64,000 bases of DNA from Klebsiella phage vB_KpM_FBKp34. The position numbers and the translations under genes were made by a program. Below are positions 35,700-44,636 of the stretch, piece by piece. The DNA is taken from the sequence record MW394390.1; one strand, 5' to 3'. The stretch's first letter is position 1, and each line of letters begins with the position of its first letter. Below the pieces are notes generated by a model. It ran no database searches and had not been told where the DNA came from. It worked only from the letters and a program-made list of their open reading frames with translations.

Positions 35700-35990
35700 A
35701 GTTTCAGTGTCAACACCTAATTGTCCCTAAAAAGAGACATTCCTAATTGTCCCTAAAAAGGCACACAATACTAACTTATGATCTAGTTTATAGACTAACT
35801 TATGATTATATATTATTAATTATAAATAATTAATATGATTTAGATCACATGTAAATTTATACAGTTGTTTTGTGATCTAAATTTATGTTTTATCATCTTT
35901 TGATCACATAGTAAAGTTAAAAAATAATCTTGACTTTAGTCTAATAGATAGTTAGTATCTATACATAAATTAATAATTATGAGGTACTTA
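35700..35990. promoter_or_regulatory. divergent regulatory region with direct and inverted repeats
   Basis: Two direct copies of CCTAATTGTCCCTAAAAAG; 12-bp inverted repeats ATTTAGATCACA / TGTGATCTAAAT about 30 nt apart; repeated AACTTATGAT. Confidence 0.45.
35930..35958 (+). promoter_or_regulatory. sigma70-like promoter for the rightward operon
   Basis: TTGACT-17 nt-TAGTAT, then GAGGT RBS before the ATG at 35990. Confidence 0.5.
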
Positions 35991-36286
35991 TGTCAGATTT
36001 TACTACAATCATGTCAGTGGTAGATAAACCGAACAAGCGTATGCGTAAAGAGAAACCTACCACTGAAGAAGTCTTGTTCTTAGATCAGGTAAGAAGTGTA
36101 AGACTCTCTGTAATCCATGGTCAACCTGTTGTAGTGGTAACGGAAACAGAAAGAAGTTTTGAAGATGTCTTCAAACAGTACACCAGTGTGATGAAACTTT
36201 ATGACAAAAGAGGCTTGATCACACTGAAGAGTCTTGATAAAGTTACAGCTTCAGATTTAGATAAAAATATTGTGGAGATCCATTAA
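35990..36286 (+). CDS. hypothetical protein
   Basis: 98 aa, first ORF of rightward operon, GAGGT RBS. Confidence 0.45.
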   Translation: MSDFTTIMSVVDKPNKRMRKEKPTTEEVLFLDQVRSVRLSVIHGQPVVVVTETERSFEDVFKQYTSVMKLYDKRGLITLKSLDKVTASDLDKNIVEIH

Positions 36287-37332
36287 TGACTATTGGTTTG
36301 ATTTTTGGGAAGTTTGCACCTTTACACTTAGGACACATCAACATGGTGATCAAAGCTTCTGCTTTGGTTGACACATTGCATGTGGTCTTAAGTTATGATC
36401 AAAAATTCAATGATACATTAGAACCTAGTGTTAGTGAACCTTTAACCAAAGCCAACAGACATTTAGCTTTGATTGAAACCTTTAAAGATTTTAATAACAT
36501 CATCGTCAGTGTCATTGATGAAAGTGCGGTTCCTGGTTATCCAGAAGGTGAAGTAATGTTCACTAATATGCTGAAGAAAAAGACTAGAACTCTACACTTC
36601 GATAAAGTATTTACAAGTGAACCTAGTTATGATAAGTATCTTAAAGATAATTTTCCAGACTCTGAGCACATCGTTGTAGATGCTAACCGTGATGAAGTAA
36701 ATATCAGTGCAACAATGATCAGAAATAATCCCTATAAGTATTGGGATTTTATTGCTCCAGCCATGAGAAAACACTATGTGAAAAAAGTTTGTATCATTGG
36801 TGTAGAGTCTACTGGCAAATCAACACTAGTTAAAAAGCTCTCTAAAGCTCTACAGACGCTTTTTGTAGAAGAGGTAGGTCGAACTATCTGTGAGCAAGAA
36901 TATGGCCTCACAGAGGCTTACATGAAGCCTGAAGACTATGTATACGTTGCTATGAAGCATAAGATGAAAGAAAAGGAACTTTTGCCATATGCAAACAAGA
37001 TTTTGTTGAGTGATACAAATGCAGTTGTGACAGACTTTTCTATGAATACATTTAACAACTTGGAGCACTACTCCCCACTGTTGTCAGAGATCTGTTTTGC
37101 TGAGAAATATGATCTTGTCTTGTACTTACGTAATGACATCCCTTGGGTAGATGACCCTTTACGTAAAAAATCAACACAAGATGACAGAGAAAAATCACAA
37201 AAGGTTCTTGACAATTTTGTATACAACGTTTATAAAGTTTATGAGAAGTGTCCAGTTATCCAAATTGGTGGGACTTACGAAAACCGCTTCAATGAAGCAA
37301 TGAAAGAAATTAAAAAACTTCTAGCAAGTTAA
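36286..37332 (+). CDS. nadR: bifunctional NMN adenylyltransferase / ribosylnicotinamide kinase (NadR-like, NatV-like)
   Basis: N-terminal nucleotidyltransferase motif FGKFAPLHLGH; C-terminal Walker A GVESTGKST of the RNK domain. Confidence 0.8.
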   Translation: MTIGLIFGKFAPLHLGHINMVIKASALVDTLHVVLSYDQKFNDTLEPSVSEPLTKANRHLALIETFKDFNNIIVSVIDESAVPGYPEGEVMFTNMLKKKTRTLHFDKVFTSEPSYDKYLKDNFPDSEHIVVDANRDEVNISATMIRNNPYKYWDFIAPAMRKHYVKKVCIIGVESTGKSTLVKKLSKALQTLFVEEVGRTICEQEYGLTEAYMKPEDYVYVAMKHKMKEKELLPYANKILLSDTNAVVTDFSMNTFNNLEHYSPLLSEICFAEKYDLVLYLRNDIPWVDDPLRKKSTQDDREKSQKVLDNFVYNVYKVYEKCPVIQIGGTYENRFNEAMKEIKKLLAS

Positions 37333-37346
37333 AAACAGGAGTCTTT

Positions 37347-37532
37347 ATGAAAATAGGTGATATGGTACGTTGTACTCACAGTGCAGATAATGATTTTACT
37401 GTAGGTAAGCTTTACATTATTGATGCTTTTGATGGAGATGGTGATCCTATTCTAGTTGATAACGATGGATATATAGGTAACATTGGAGTGATTATGAATG
37501 GCTATCTTTACCAGTTTGAGGAGGTAAAATGA
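37347..37532 (+). CDS. hypothetical protein
   Basis: 61 aa ORF. Confidence 0.35.
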   Translation: MKIGDMVRCTHSADNDFTVGKLYIIDAFDGDGDPILVDNDGYIGNIGVIMNGYLYQFEEVK

Positions 37533-38227
37533 ATATTTATCTTAAAACAACTTTGACTGATTTTTATGGTTGGTCTAAGTTAGAATATCTTTGGCTTTTT
37601 GTTTGTTCCGTAACTATTGCAGCAACATCAGTTATTATGGGTGCAACTCTCGTTGAATTTGTTTCATCTGTTACAGGGATCATTGGTGCGATCCTTGTTG
37701 CTAAAGGGAAACTCTCAAGTTACTACTGGGGATTTGTTGCAACAGCATTGTATGCATATATCTCATTCACATACAAAATGTATGGTGAAACAATTATGTA
37801 TACTGTATTGTTTACACCTTTACAGTTGATTGGTGGTATTCTTTGGTCTCAAAAGTTAAAGCTTTCTGAAGATGGACAGAAGGCGGATGTTGTTAAGAAA
37901 TGGTTAACAACTCAACAACGTCTCATTGTTACTGTTGGTACACTAATCGTTATTGCAGCCTATGCTTATGGTGTTTCCTTGTTGAAGGGATATTCTCCTG
38001 GTTTAGATTCTGCGACAGCAATTCTCTCTGTGCTAGCTACAGTGTTAATGGTACTACGTTACTCTGAACAATGGTATGTTTGGGTAATTGTTAACATTGT
38101 TGCCGTTGTTCTTTGGATTCAGGCTACAATGCATCATGAGGGTGGAGGAGCAGTCGTGTTAGTAATGTGGGTTGCTTACCTCTTAAACTCAGTGTATGGT
38201 GTATATCAGTGGCGTAAAATTGCTTAA
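37529..38227 (+). CDS. pnuC: nicotinamide riboside transporter PnuC
   Basis: 232 aa, multiple TM helices, Trp-rich PnuC-like signature segments; follows nadR-like gene. Confidence 0.65.
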   Translation: MNIYLKTTLTDFYGWSKLEYLWLFVCSVTIAATSVIMGATLVEFVSSVTGIIGAILVAKGKLSSYYWGFVATALYAYISFTYKMYGETIMYTVLFTPLQLIGGILWSQKLKLSEDGQKADVVKKWLTTQQRLIVTVGTLIVIAAYAYGVSLLKGYSPGLDSATAILSVLATVLMVLRYSEQWYVWVIVNIVAVVLWIQATMHHEGGGAVVLVMWVAYLLNSVYGVYQWRKIA

Positions 38228-38256
38228 TAGATCCTTTTTGAGTTGTAGGAGATCAA

Positions 38257-38574
38257 ATGAACAAAGAACAAATCTTGGCAGAATTGGCTTACAATGAAGA
38301 ATACAAAAAACTTATTGGTGATCAATTGGATGTAATTTTCTCTGCCATAGACCGATATTCAGAGATGTCAAAAGAAGATATAGAAATTTTAGACATCTCA
38401 ACAAGTAGAGAATTTCTTTTCAATGATCATTCGGTATCTTATATTTATTGTAAATTTGATAAAAATCTTAAGGATTATGTAAATGCTATCCAGATGAAAT
38501 TGATTTGCTGGCAAATGGCTAATCATACTGGTAAAGATTATCCAATGGTTGTTTGTAAAGTATTGGAGGAGTGA
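38257..38574 (+). CDS. hypothetical protein
   Basis: 105 aa ORF. Confidence 0.4.
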   Translation: MNKEQILAELAYNEEYKKLIGDQLDVIFSAIDRYSEMSKEDIEILDISTSREFLFNDHSVSYIYCKFDKNLKDYVNAIQMKLICWQMANHTGKDYPMVVCKVLEE

Positions 38575-38855
38575 TGAAAGAGTATGAAGATGGTTTGCCA
38601 TTTGATCAGATGGATCTAGAGATAGTTTCATGCATACTACAAGATATCTTTAAGGAACTTGTGGAAGTTAAAGATATTTTGATTGATTTGAAAAGTAAAC
38701 TTCCAGAAGAGCAAGAAAAACAGTTAGATACCATTATTGAATATGTTAGCATTGCAGGTGGCTCTATAGACAAAGCACATTTAGATACAAATGATGTTAA
38801 CTTTATGAAATTCGGAGGCAAAGATTTCAAATGGGAACCACTGGAAAAACAATAA
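38571..38855 (+). CDS. hypothetical protein
   Basis: 94 aa ORF overlapping neighbours by 4 nt. Confidence 0.4.
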   Translation: MMKEYEDGLPFDQMDLEIVSCILQDIFKELVEVKDILIDLKSKLPEEQEKQLDTIIEYVSIAGGSIDKAHLDTNDVNFMKFGGKDFKWEPLEKQ

Positions 38856-39145
38856 AGAAAGAGAAATTTGATACTTCTGCTTTCGTGTTTGAGACTGATC
38901 TATCTGCTCTTGAAGAAAAGCTTCTGGCCTGTTATGCTGAGTTAGAGGATCTTCTTGAGTACCAACAACCTGATTCTGAACAAAGAAAAAGGATTGAGGA
39001 ACTCAAGTATTGGCTTGGTTGGTATGAGTTAAATTTACCAGAGGCTAAAAGGAGAAATTTAAAATTTATCTTAACTTGTGCAATAGAAAATAGAGTTTTA
39101 GGATTATATGAAAAGAAAAAAAGTTTTCGGAGTAGGAGTAAATGA
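38831..39145 (+). CDS. hypothetical protein
   Basis: 104 aa ORF. Confidence 0.4.
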   Translation: MGTTGKTIKKEKFDTSAFVFETDLSALEEKLLACYAELEDLLEYQQPDSEQRKRIEELKYWLGWYELNLPEAKRRNLKFILTCAIENRVLGLYEKKKSFRSRSK

Positions 39146-39743
39146 CTCAAAGATTCCTGTTAGTTGGTGGGAGGATAGAGGAGAAAAAAGAGTTAGAATT
39201 TTATGCCCTTATTATGTAAAATGGACAGACATGTTGAGACGATGTTATAGTGAAAAACAAAATCTTATGTCTCCTTGGTATGACTCTAAAGTTCATAATG
39301 AATGGCATATTTTTAGCAACTTCAAATCTTGGATGGAAAAACAAGATTGGGAAGGAAAACACCTAGATAAAGATATACTTGGAGATAAAAGTTTATATAG
39401 CAAAGATACTTGTGTATTTGTTCCATATTATGTAAATAATGTTTTTCAAAATCACCAAGATTGTTCTTACTGTACATACCATAAACGTGACAATAAATAT
39501 CAAAGTTCAATAAATTGGGATGGAAGAGTTAAACATATTGGTTATTTTGACAGTAAAGTAGAGGCACAATATGAATATTTTAAAGTTAAAATATTATACA
39601 TATCTGGTAAAATTAAAAGGTATTTTTCAGAAAACTATGATTCTAGGGTTATGTTGAAATTAATAATGTTATACAATAACTTAGTTGAAACATTTCAAGC
39701 TTTAAAAGTAAAATTAATAGAGTTAAAAGGAGATTTAAAATGA
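39108..39743 (+). CDS. putative homing-endonuclease-like DNA-binding protein (AP2/HNH-associated fold)
   Basis: 211 aa with W..M..RCY...Y..V.V...W..F..F..WM pattern seen in phage HNH/AP2 endonucleases. Confidence 0.3.
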   Translation: MKRKKVFGVGVNDSKIPVSWWEDRGEKRVRILCPYYVKWTDMLRRCYSEKQNLMSPWYDSKVHNEWHIFSNFKSWMEKQDWEGKHLDKDILGDKSLYSKDTCVFVPYYVNNVFQNHQDCSYCTYHKRDNKYQSSINWDGRVKHIGYFDSKVEAQYEYFKVKILYISGKIKRYFSENYDSRVMLKLIMLYNNLVETFQALKVKLIELKGDLK

Positions 39744-40093
39744 ATTTTGAATTACCAGATATTTGTTTTAAAGTTGCAGACTGGTTGGATGGTCGTAAAA
39801 TTCAACGACGAATTGTATGTGCAGCTAATAGATTTGAATTGAAAACTGGCGGAACTATCATTATTCCTGGTACTCGTCATTATTCTCGTGACATGGCAAA
39901 TGTCTTGGATTTAATTTGTGATAAGCTGGTAACAGATCATGTTAGCGGTGATAATCAAGGGTTTGTTGATCAATGGGGTGAATATTTTACTCGTGAGGAA
40001 GCTTTGATTATTGCAACTCATGCTGGACAGATTAACACTGTACGCACCAAAGGTTATCCTCGTGATGTATTATTTAGTGAGGATTTATATTAA
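39740..40093 (+). CDS. hypothetical protein
   Basis: 117 aa ORF. Confidence 0.4.
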   Translation: MNFELPDICFKVADWLDGRKIQRRIVCAANRFELKTGGTIIIPGTRHYSRDMANVLDLICDKLVTDHVSGDNQGFVDQWGEYFTREEALIIATHAGQINTVRTKGYPRDVLFSEDLY

Positions 40094-40584
40094 TGAGAGA
40101 TATTCTTAAAGAACTTAATGTTAATCATTTAAGTCATCAACTTGAAGATAATTGGCTAGATTTCTATGCTAGTACTTATGTGCAATGTCGTAAAAACTTT
40201 AGCGAAGCTTTACATCATGTCCAAGAACTCTTTAATGTAAAAGAGGATGAAATTTTAGCAAAATCATACTCAATTCGTGCTTATGATTACACTAATCCAG
40301 AGTTTATGCTAAAATTTTGGGAAGATGTTAATCAATTTATTAAAGAAAATACCTCAGAAGATTGGAATTTTTCATATATTACTGTTGAAGATACTGAAAA
40401 ATTCATAGACCAATATGATGATTTTGGTGAAGATTTTAAACAGATTAGTTTATATGCTTATGTTAAAAGCTTTGATCAATTTACATCACAAGAACAACAG
40501 GATGCAATTGATACAATGAGATATTGTGAAATTAAACTTAAAGAAGCAAAAGAAAATTTAGATCAATATAAAAGAGGTATTTAA
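40093..40584 (+). CDS. hypothetical protein
   Basis: 163 aa acidic ORF. Confidence 0.4.
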   Translation: MRDILKELNVNHLSHQLEDNWLDFYASTYVQCRKNFSEALHHVQELFNVKEDEILAKSYSIRAYDYTNPEFMLKFWEDVNQFIKENTSEDWNFSYITVEDTEKFIDQYDDFGEDFKQISLYAYVKSFDQFTSQEQQDAIDTMRYCEIKLKEAKENLDQYKRGI

Positions 40585-40585
40585 T

Positions 40586-41143
40586 ATGTATGTGACTTCA
40601 GACCTGCATTTTATGCATAGGAGGGTTTCTGAATTTTGTCCTGCTTATAGAAAATGGAATTATCTTCATGATATGACAGAAGGACTTATTTTAGCTTGGA
40701 ATGAAAAAGCTAAAACACCAGGGACAAAAATGTATCATCTCGGCGATTTCTGCTTTGGGACACCAGAAGAAACAGATCTCATAGCTTCCCGTCTGAATGG
40801 TGATATTACATTTATTGTTGGCAACCATGATTACTCAAAACACCGAGAAGTGCTTGAGAAGTATGGTGAAGTGAAGTATTACGATGAAGTTAAATATGGT
40901 AAGAAATTCTTTGTCCTTTGTCACTATCCTATTGCATCTTGGAATAAACAAGGAAGAGGTTCAATTATGCTTCATGGGCATAGTCATGGAAGTTTTCCTG
41001 ATGAAATGTATGGAAAGATGTTAGATGTCGGTTGGGATGCACAAGGGAAGATCTTGCATTTTGATGAAATCATTGCTAAGATGGAGCGTCGTGAAGTAAA
41101 AGTAATTGACCACCACAAAAATTTTGGTTTAGATAATGAATAA
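40586..41143 (+). CDS. calcineurin-like metallophosphoesterase (candidate RNA/DNA end 3'-phosphatase)
   Basis: Motifs DLHF, GDF, GNHD, HGHSH. Confidence 0.7.
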   Translation: MYVTSDLHFMHRRVSEFCPAYRKWNYLHDMTEGLILAWNEKAKTPGTKMYHLGDFCFGTPEETDLIASRLNGDITFIVGNHDYSKHREVLEKYGEVKYYDEVKYGKKFFVLCHYPIASWNKQGRGSIMLHGHSHGSFPDEMYGKMLDVGWDAQGKILHFDEIIAKMERREVKVIDHHKNFGLDNE

Positions 41144-41333
41144 AGACATTGATCTTATTGAGAATGTAATATTTCTTCTGAGTGAACTTGAAGATTATGT
41201 TGACAACCTAGATATGAGCGAATATGATGACTTCAATGAGATGAAGGAAGCACAAAAAGAAGTTCTTAAACTTTTGAAGAATCTTACACGAAGGAGAGAA
41301 AATGAAGTTCAACGTAGACGACTTAGTTGCTAA
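41136..41333 (+). CDS. hypothetical protein
   Basis: 65 aa ORF. Confidence 0.35.
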   Translation: MNKDIDLIENVIFLLSELEDYVDNLDMSEYDDFNEMKEAQKEVLKLLKNLTRRRENEVQRRRLSC

Positions 41334-42222
41334 AAATCTGGTGACTAAAAAGACTTACACCGAAGGCCCGTTCGCTGGTCTTTCTGTGCTCAAATATAAG
41401 AACAATGTGTTCTGGGACAACCTGTGGCATACAGACTCACGTCTGCTTGAGTGTCGTGGTATGGTTGTTGATGCAGAAGACAACGTTATTATCTGGCCTT
41501 TTACGAAGATTTTTAACCGTTTCGAGAATGGAACAGACTTACCACTCGATCAGCAGGTTGTTTGCATTCGTAAAGTCAACGGATTTATGGCAACTGCTGC
41601 GGTACGTGGTGAAAAACTTCTTGTATCAACGACAGGAACCTTGGATTCTGAGTTCTCTGATCTGGCACGGAAATATCTTGAAAAGATGAAATTAGATCTT
41701 GTTGCATTTCCAGAGGACTATACTTTCATCTTTGAAATTTGTGACAGTAGCGACCCTCACATTGTTGAGGAGGAAGAGGGTGCATATTTGATTGGTATGC
41801 GAGACTTAGCCTTAAATGGGACAATGCTTGAAGAATATCGTCTTGATCGCATAGCTGAAGTGATCGGAGCAAAGCGTCCTGAATGGCATAATATGTTCTT
41901 CAGTGATGTGATCAAGTACTCCAAGGCTGTAACTCACGAAGGTTTTGTTATCCGTAATGTCGGAACAGATAACGAAAACAGCGAACTGCTTCTTAAAATA
42001 AAGTCACCACATTACTTGACGAAGAAGTTCCTGATGCGAGGTGGACAGAACAAGTGGGACATGATCTGGGACAATCCAAAAGAAGCTAAAAAGCGTATTG
42101 ATGAAGAATATTATAACCTTATTGATTATTTACGCTGGGCCTTTGAAAAAGAGGAATGGGCAGTTAAAGATGCTCAATATCGTCGTAAATGGATCGAGGC
42201 TTATTTTGAGGAGAAATGCTAA
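41302..42222 (+). CDS. putative ATP-dependent RNA ligase (Rnl-like nucleotidyltransferase)
   Basis: Motif I KVNG, motif III FIFEI, motif IV EGFVIR, motif V LKIKS. Confidence 0.5.
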   Translation: MKFNVDDLVAKNLVTKKTYTEGPFAGLSVLKYKNNVFWDNLWHTDSRLLECRGMVVDAEDNVIIWPFTKIFNRFENGTDLPLDQQVVCIRKVNGFMATAAVRGEKLLVSTTGTLDSEFSDLARKYLEKMKLDLVAFPEDYTFIFEICDSSDPHIVEEEEGAYLIGMRDLALNGTMLEEYRLDRIAEVIGAKRPEWHNMFFSDVIKYSKAVTHEGFVIRNVGTDNENSELLLKIKSPHYLTKKFLMRGGQNKWDMIWDNPKEAKKRIDEEYYNLIDYLRWAFEKEEWAVKDAQYRRKWIEAYFEEKC

Positions 42223-42566
42223 TGATCGTATGGCTTGATGACTTAAGAGATCCAAAAGACTACGGTTATCCTGATGCATTGTGGTTTAAGACCTCTCAGA
42301 AGTTTATGGATTTTCTTGATAATCGGTCAAAGTTCTATCGTTATGTCACAGAGTGGCATTTCGATAATGACCTCGGAGAAGATTCAGAAATGGAGGGCTA
42401 TGACTGCCTGTTAGCCTTGGAAGAGAAGCTTGTGTATGGGAAACTTCCTGTGCATGATGCTAAACTCTATGTCCACACATCTAACCCTTCTGCGGCAAAA
42501 AAGTTCATGCTTGCAAAAGAGAGCTTCTTGAAGTATCGTATCACGATCTTAAGAAACAATTACTGA
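42216..42566 (+). CDS. hypothetical protein
   Basis: 116 aa ORF. Confidence 0.4.
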   Translation: MLMIVWLDDLRDPKDYGYPDALWFKTSQKFMDFLDNRSKFYRYVTEWHFDNDLGEDSEMEGYDCLLALEEKLVYGKLPVHDAKLYVHTSNPSAAKKFMLAKESFLKYRITILRNNY

Positions 42567-42575
42567 GGAGAAGAG

Positions 42576-43001
42576 ATGGAAAAGACTCTGATTATCTTGC
42601 GTGGTGTGTCTGGTGCTGGTAAGTCTACAGTAGCAGAAATGTTATCAGATGGCGTATGGCCTATCTGTGAAGCAGATAAATTTCACTACACGGAAGAGGG
42701 TGTTTACGACTGGAAACCTGAAAATATCCAGGCAGCGCATAAATGGTGTCAAAATCAAGTAAGAGGTTACATGGAAGACAGCTTCCATGGTTTAGGTAAC
42801 TGGGTAAAAATAATTGTATCTAACACTACAACTACTGAAAAAGAACTTAAACCATATATTGACTTAGCTGAAGAGTATGGGTATAAAGTTGTTAGTTTGG
42901 TTGTTGAAAATAGACATGGAAATGATTCTATTCATAACGTCCCACAGGAAATCCGTGATACTCAAGAGAGACGTCTTAGAAACTCATTAAAATTACAGTA
43001 G
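42576..43001 (+). CDS. P-loop kinase (polynucleotide 5'-kinase-like)
   Basis: Walker A ILRGVSGAGKST at the N-terminus; 141 aa, size of T4 Pnk kinase domain. Confidence 0.4.
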   Translation: MEKTLIILRGVSGAGKSTVAEMLSDGVWPICEADKFHYTEEGVYDWKPENIQAAHKWCQNQVRGYMEDSFHGLGNWVKIIVSNTTTTEKELKPYIDLAEEYGYKVVSLVVENRHGNDSIHNVPQEIRDTQERRLRNSLKLQ

Positions 43002-43009
43002 GATAAATT

Positions 43010-43222
43010 ATGAAACATATTTTAATAGTACTATTATTCTTATCTTATTCAGTTTTTGCAAATGAGAATAAGAAGGATGTATTTTTGTTTACACCTAAAA
43101 CTGATGAGATCTTCGAAGTCAAAACTAATGATGGAAAACAATTGTGGTGTTATGTCTCCGATAAATTAATAACGAGATTAACTATAAAGTGCTTTGATAA
43201 AAATTTTGATAAGGAGAAATAA
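43010..43222 (+). CDS. small secreted protein
   Basis: Signal peptide MKHILIVLLFLSYSVFA. Confidence 0.4.
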   Translation: MKHILIVLLFLSYSVFANENKKDVFLFTPKTDEIFEVKTNDGKQLWCYVSDKLITRLTIKCFDKNFDKEK

Positions 43223-43998
43223 TGAGACGTCTTATAGTAATAAGTGGGGCGGGCTTCTCTGCGGAGAGCGGTGTACGTACATTCCGCACAGATACTGAAT
43301 CTGGGAAAGCTTTATGGGATGAATATGACCTTGAGGAGGTTTGTAACATACACGCCTTCCGTGGTAACTTCTACCATAAAACACACATGTTTTATAACAA
43401 GCGTCGTGCAGAGTTACCAACGGTACACCCGAATGCTGCACATCTTCGTGTTGCTGAATGGTACAAACGTTATCCTGGACAAGTTATCAACATGACGACT
43501 AACGTCGATGATTTGTTGGAACGTGCAGGTGTACCGAAAGAAGATACTCTGTACATTCATGGATACCTGAAAGAAATTCGTTATCAGATGCATGAGGATT
43601 CTGAAGAAGAATTGGTGGATATTGGTTATGCACAAATTGATCCTGATGATTATTATTGGTGCAAACCAAACGTAGTATTTTTTGGGGAGAATGCTCCGGC
43701 CTATGCTGCTATGTATGACACCTTGGAGTCATTGACAAATCAGGATCTTGTAATTGTTGTAGGCTGTTCAAATACAGTTATTAACTTCAACTGGGAACTT
43801 TTCCCTGCTTCAAGGATTGGTACTAAGGTTGTTGTAGTCAATCCAAATGTTCGGTATGATGAGCAGTTGATGTACGAAGATGCTGGTGTTATAGTTTATC
43901 GGACTGGAGCAGTGGATGCCTTTAGTAACTTAGATCTGATTAAAATGGTTGAAGACCATCTCGAAGGTAAAACTGGGCTTCAAAAATTAGGAAAATGA
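43222..43998 (+). CDS. Sir2-family NAD-dependent deacylase/ADP-ribosyltransferase-like protein
   Basis: GAGFSAESGVRTFR NAD-binding motif and Sir2 fold pattern. Confidence 0.65.
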   Translation: MRRLIVISGAGFSAESGVRTFRTDTESGKALWDEYDLEEVCNIHAFRGNFYHKTHMFYNKRRAELPTVHPNAAHLRVAEWYKRYPGQVINMTTNVDDLLERAGVPKEDTLYIHGYLKEIRYQMHEDSEEELVDIGYAQIDPDDYYWCKPNVVFFGENAPAYAAMYDTLESLTNQDLVIVVGCSNTVINFNWELFPASRIGTKVVVVNPNVRYDEQLMYEDAGVIVYRTGAVDAFSNLDLIKMVEDHLEGKTGLQKLGK

Positions 43999-44002
43999 GA
44001 TA

Positions 44003-44188
44003 ATGAAGAAACTTTATATTGTAATTAAAGATTCACTGCTTGCTTCTTTTCAAGATGGAGATAAAATAGAAGTTGAATGGGATGAACAAGAAGAACCATT
44101 TCTTAGGAGTCTTCGTGATCCAGATGATATTGTTGAGTTTAATCATCTAATTTATCACCATGTTTTATTTGAAGTCATTAAGGAGTAG
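44003..44188 (+). CDS. hypothetical protein
   Basis: 61 aa ORF. Confidence 0.35.
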   Translation: MKKLYIVIKDSLLASFQDGDKIEVEWDEQEEPFLRSLRDPDDIVEFNHLIYHHVLFEVIKE

Positions 44189-44190
44189 AG

Positions 44191-44409
44191 ATGAATCTTT
44201 ATGTTAGCTTTGGTCAAAAATATAATCTCAGAAACAGTCTTATGAAATTTGAAGGCAAAAATGAGGATCAAATTCGAGACTATATGATGAAGGTTTATAA
44301 AAATAAATACGCCTTCATTTATGAAGAATCAGAAGCATTGCGACAAGTTGATGTTTATGGTTTAAATATTGTTCTTCCTGGAGAGGAACTTTATGAACGT
44401 GTTAACTAG
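44191..44409 (+). CDS. hypothetical protein
   Basis: 72 aa ORF. Confidence 0.35.
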   Translation: MNLYVSFGQKYNLRNSLMKFEGKNEDQIRDYMMKVYKNKYAFIYEESEALRQVDVYGLNIVLPGEELYERVN

Positions 44410-44417
44410 GAGAAAAT

Positions 44418-44636
44418 ATGCAAATTTACTTAAATGATAAAGTTAAGATTAAAGATGGTGTTTTTGATGAGCTAGGTAATCAAAATATTGACTTATCTGG
44501 TAGGATTGGATATGTTTCTAGAATTGGTTATCGGTCAGATGAATTCCCTTTTGCTGTTAGTCTTGTAAGTAAAGAGACTGGACAGATTGAAAAAGAATTA
44601 GTTTTTAATATTGACGAATTGGAGGTTATATCTTGA
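44418..44636 (+). CDS. hypothetical protein
   Basis: 72 aa ORF. Confidence 0.35.
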   Translation: MQIYLNDKVKIKDGVFDELGNQNIDLSGRIGYVSRIGYRSDEFPFAVSLVSKETGQIEKELVFNIDELEVIS

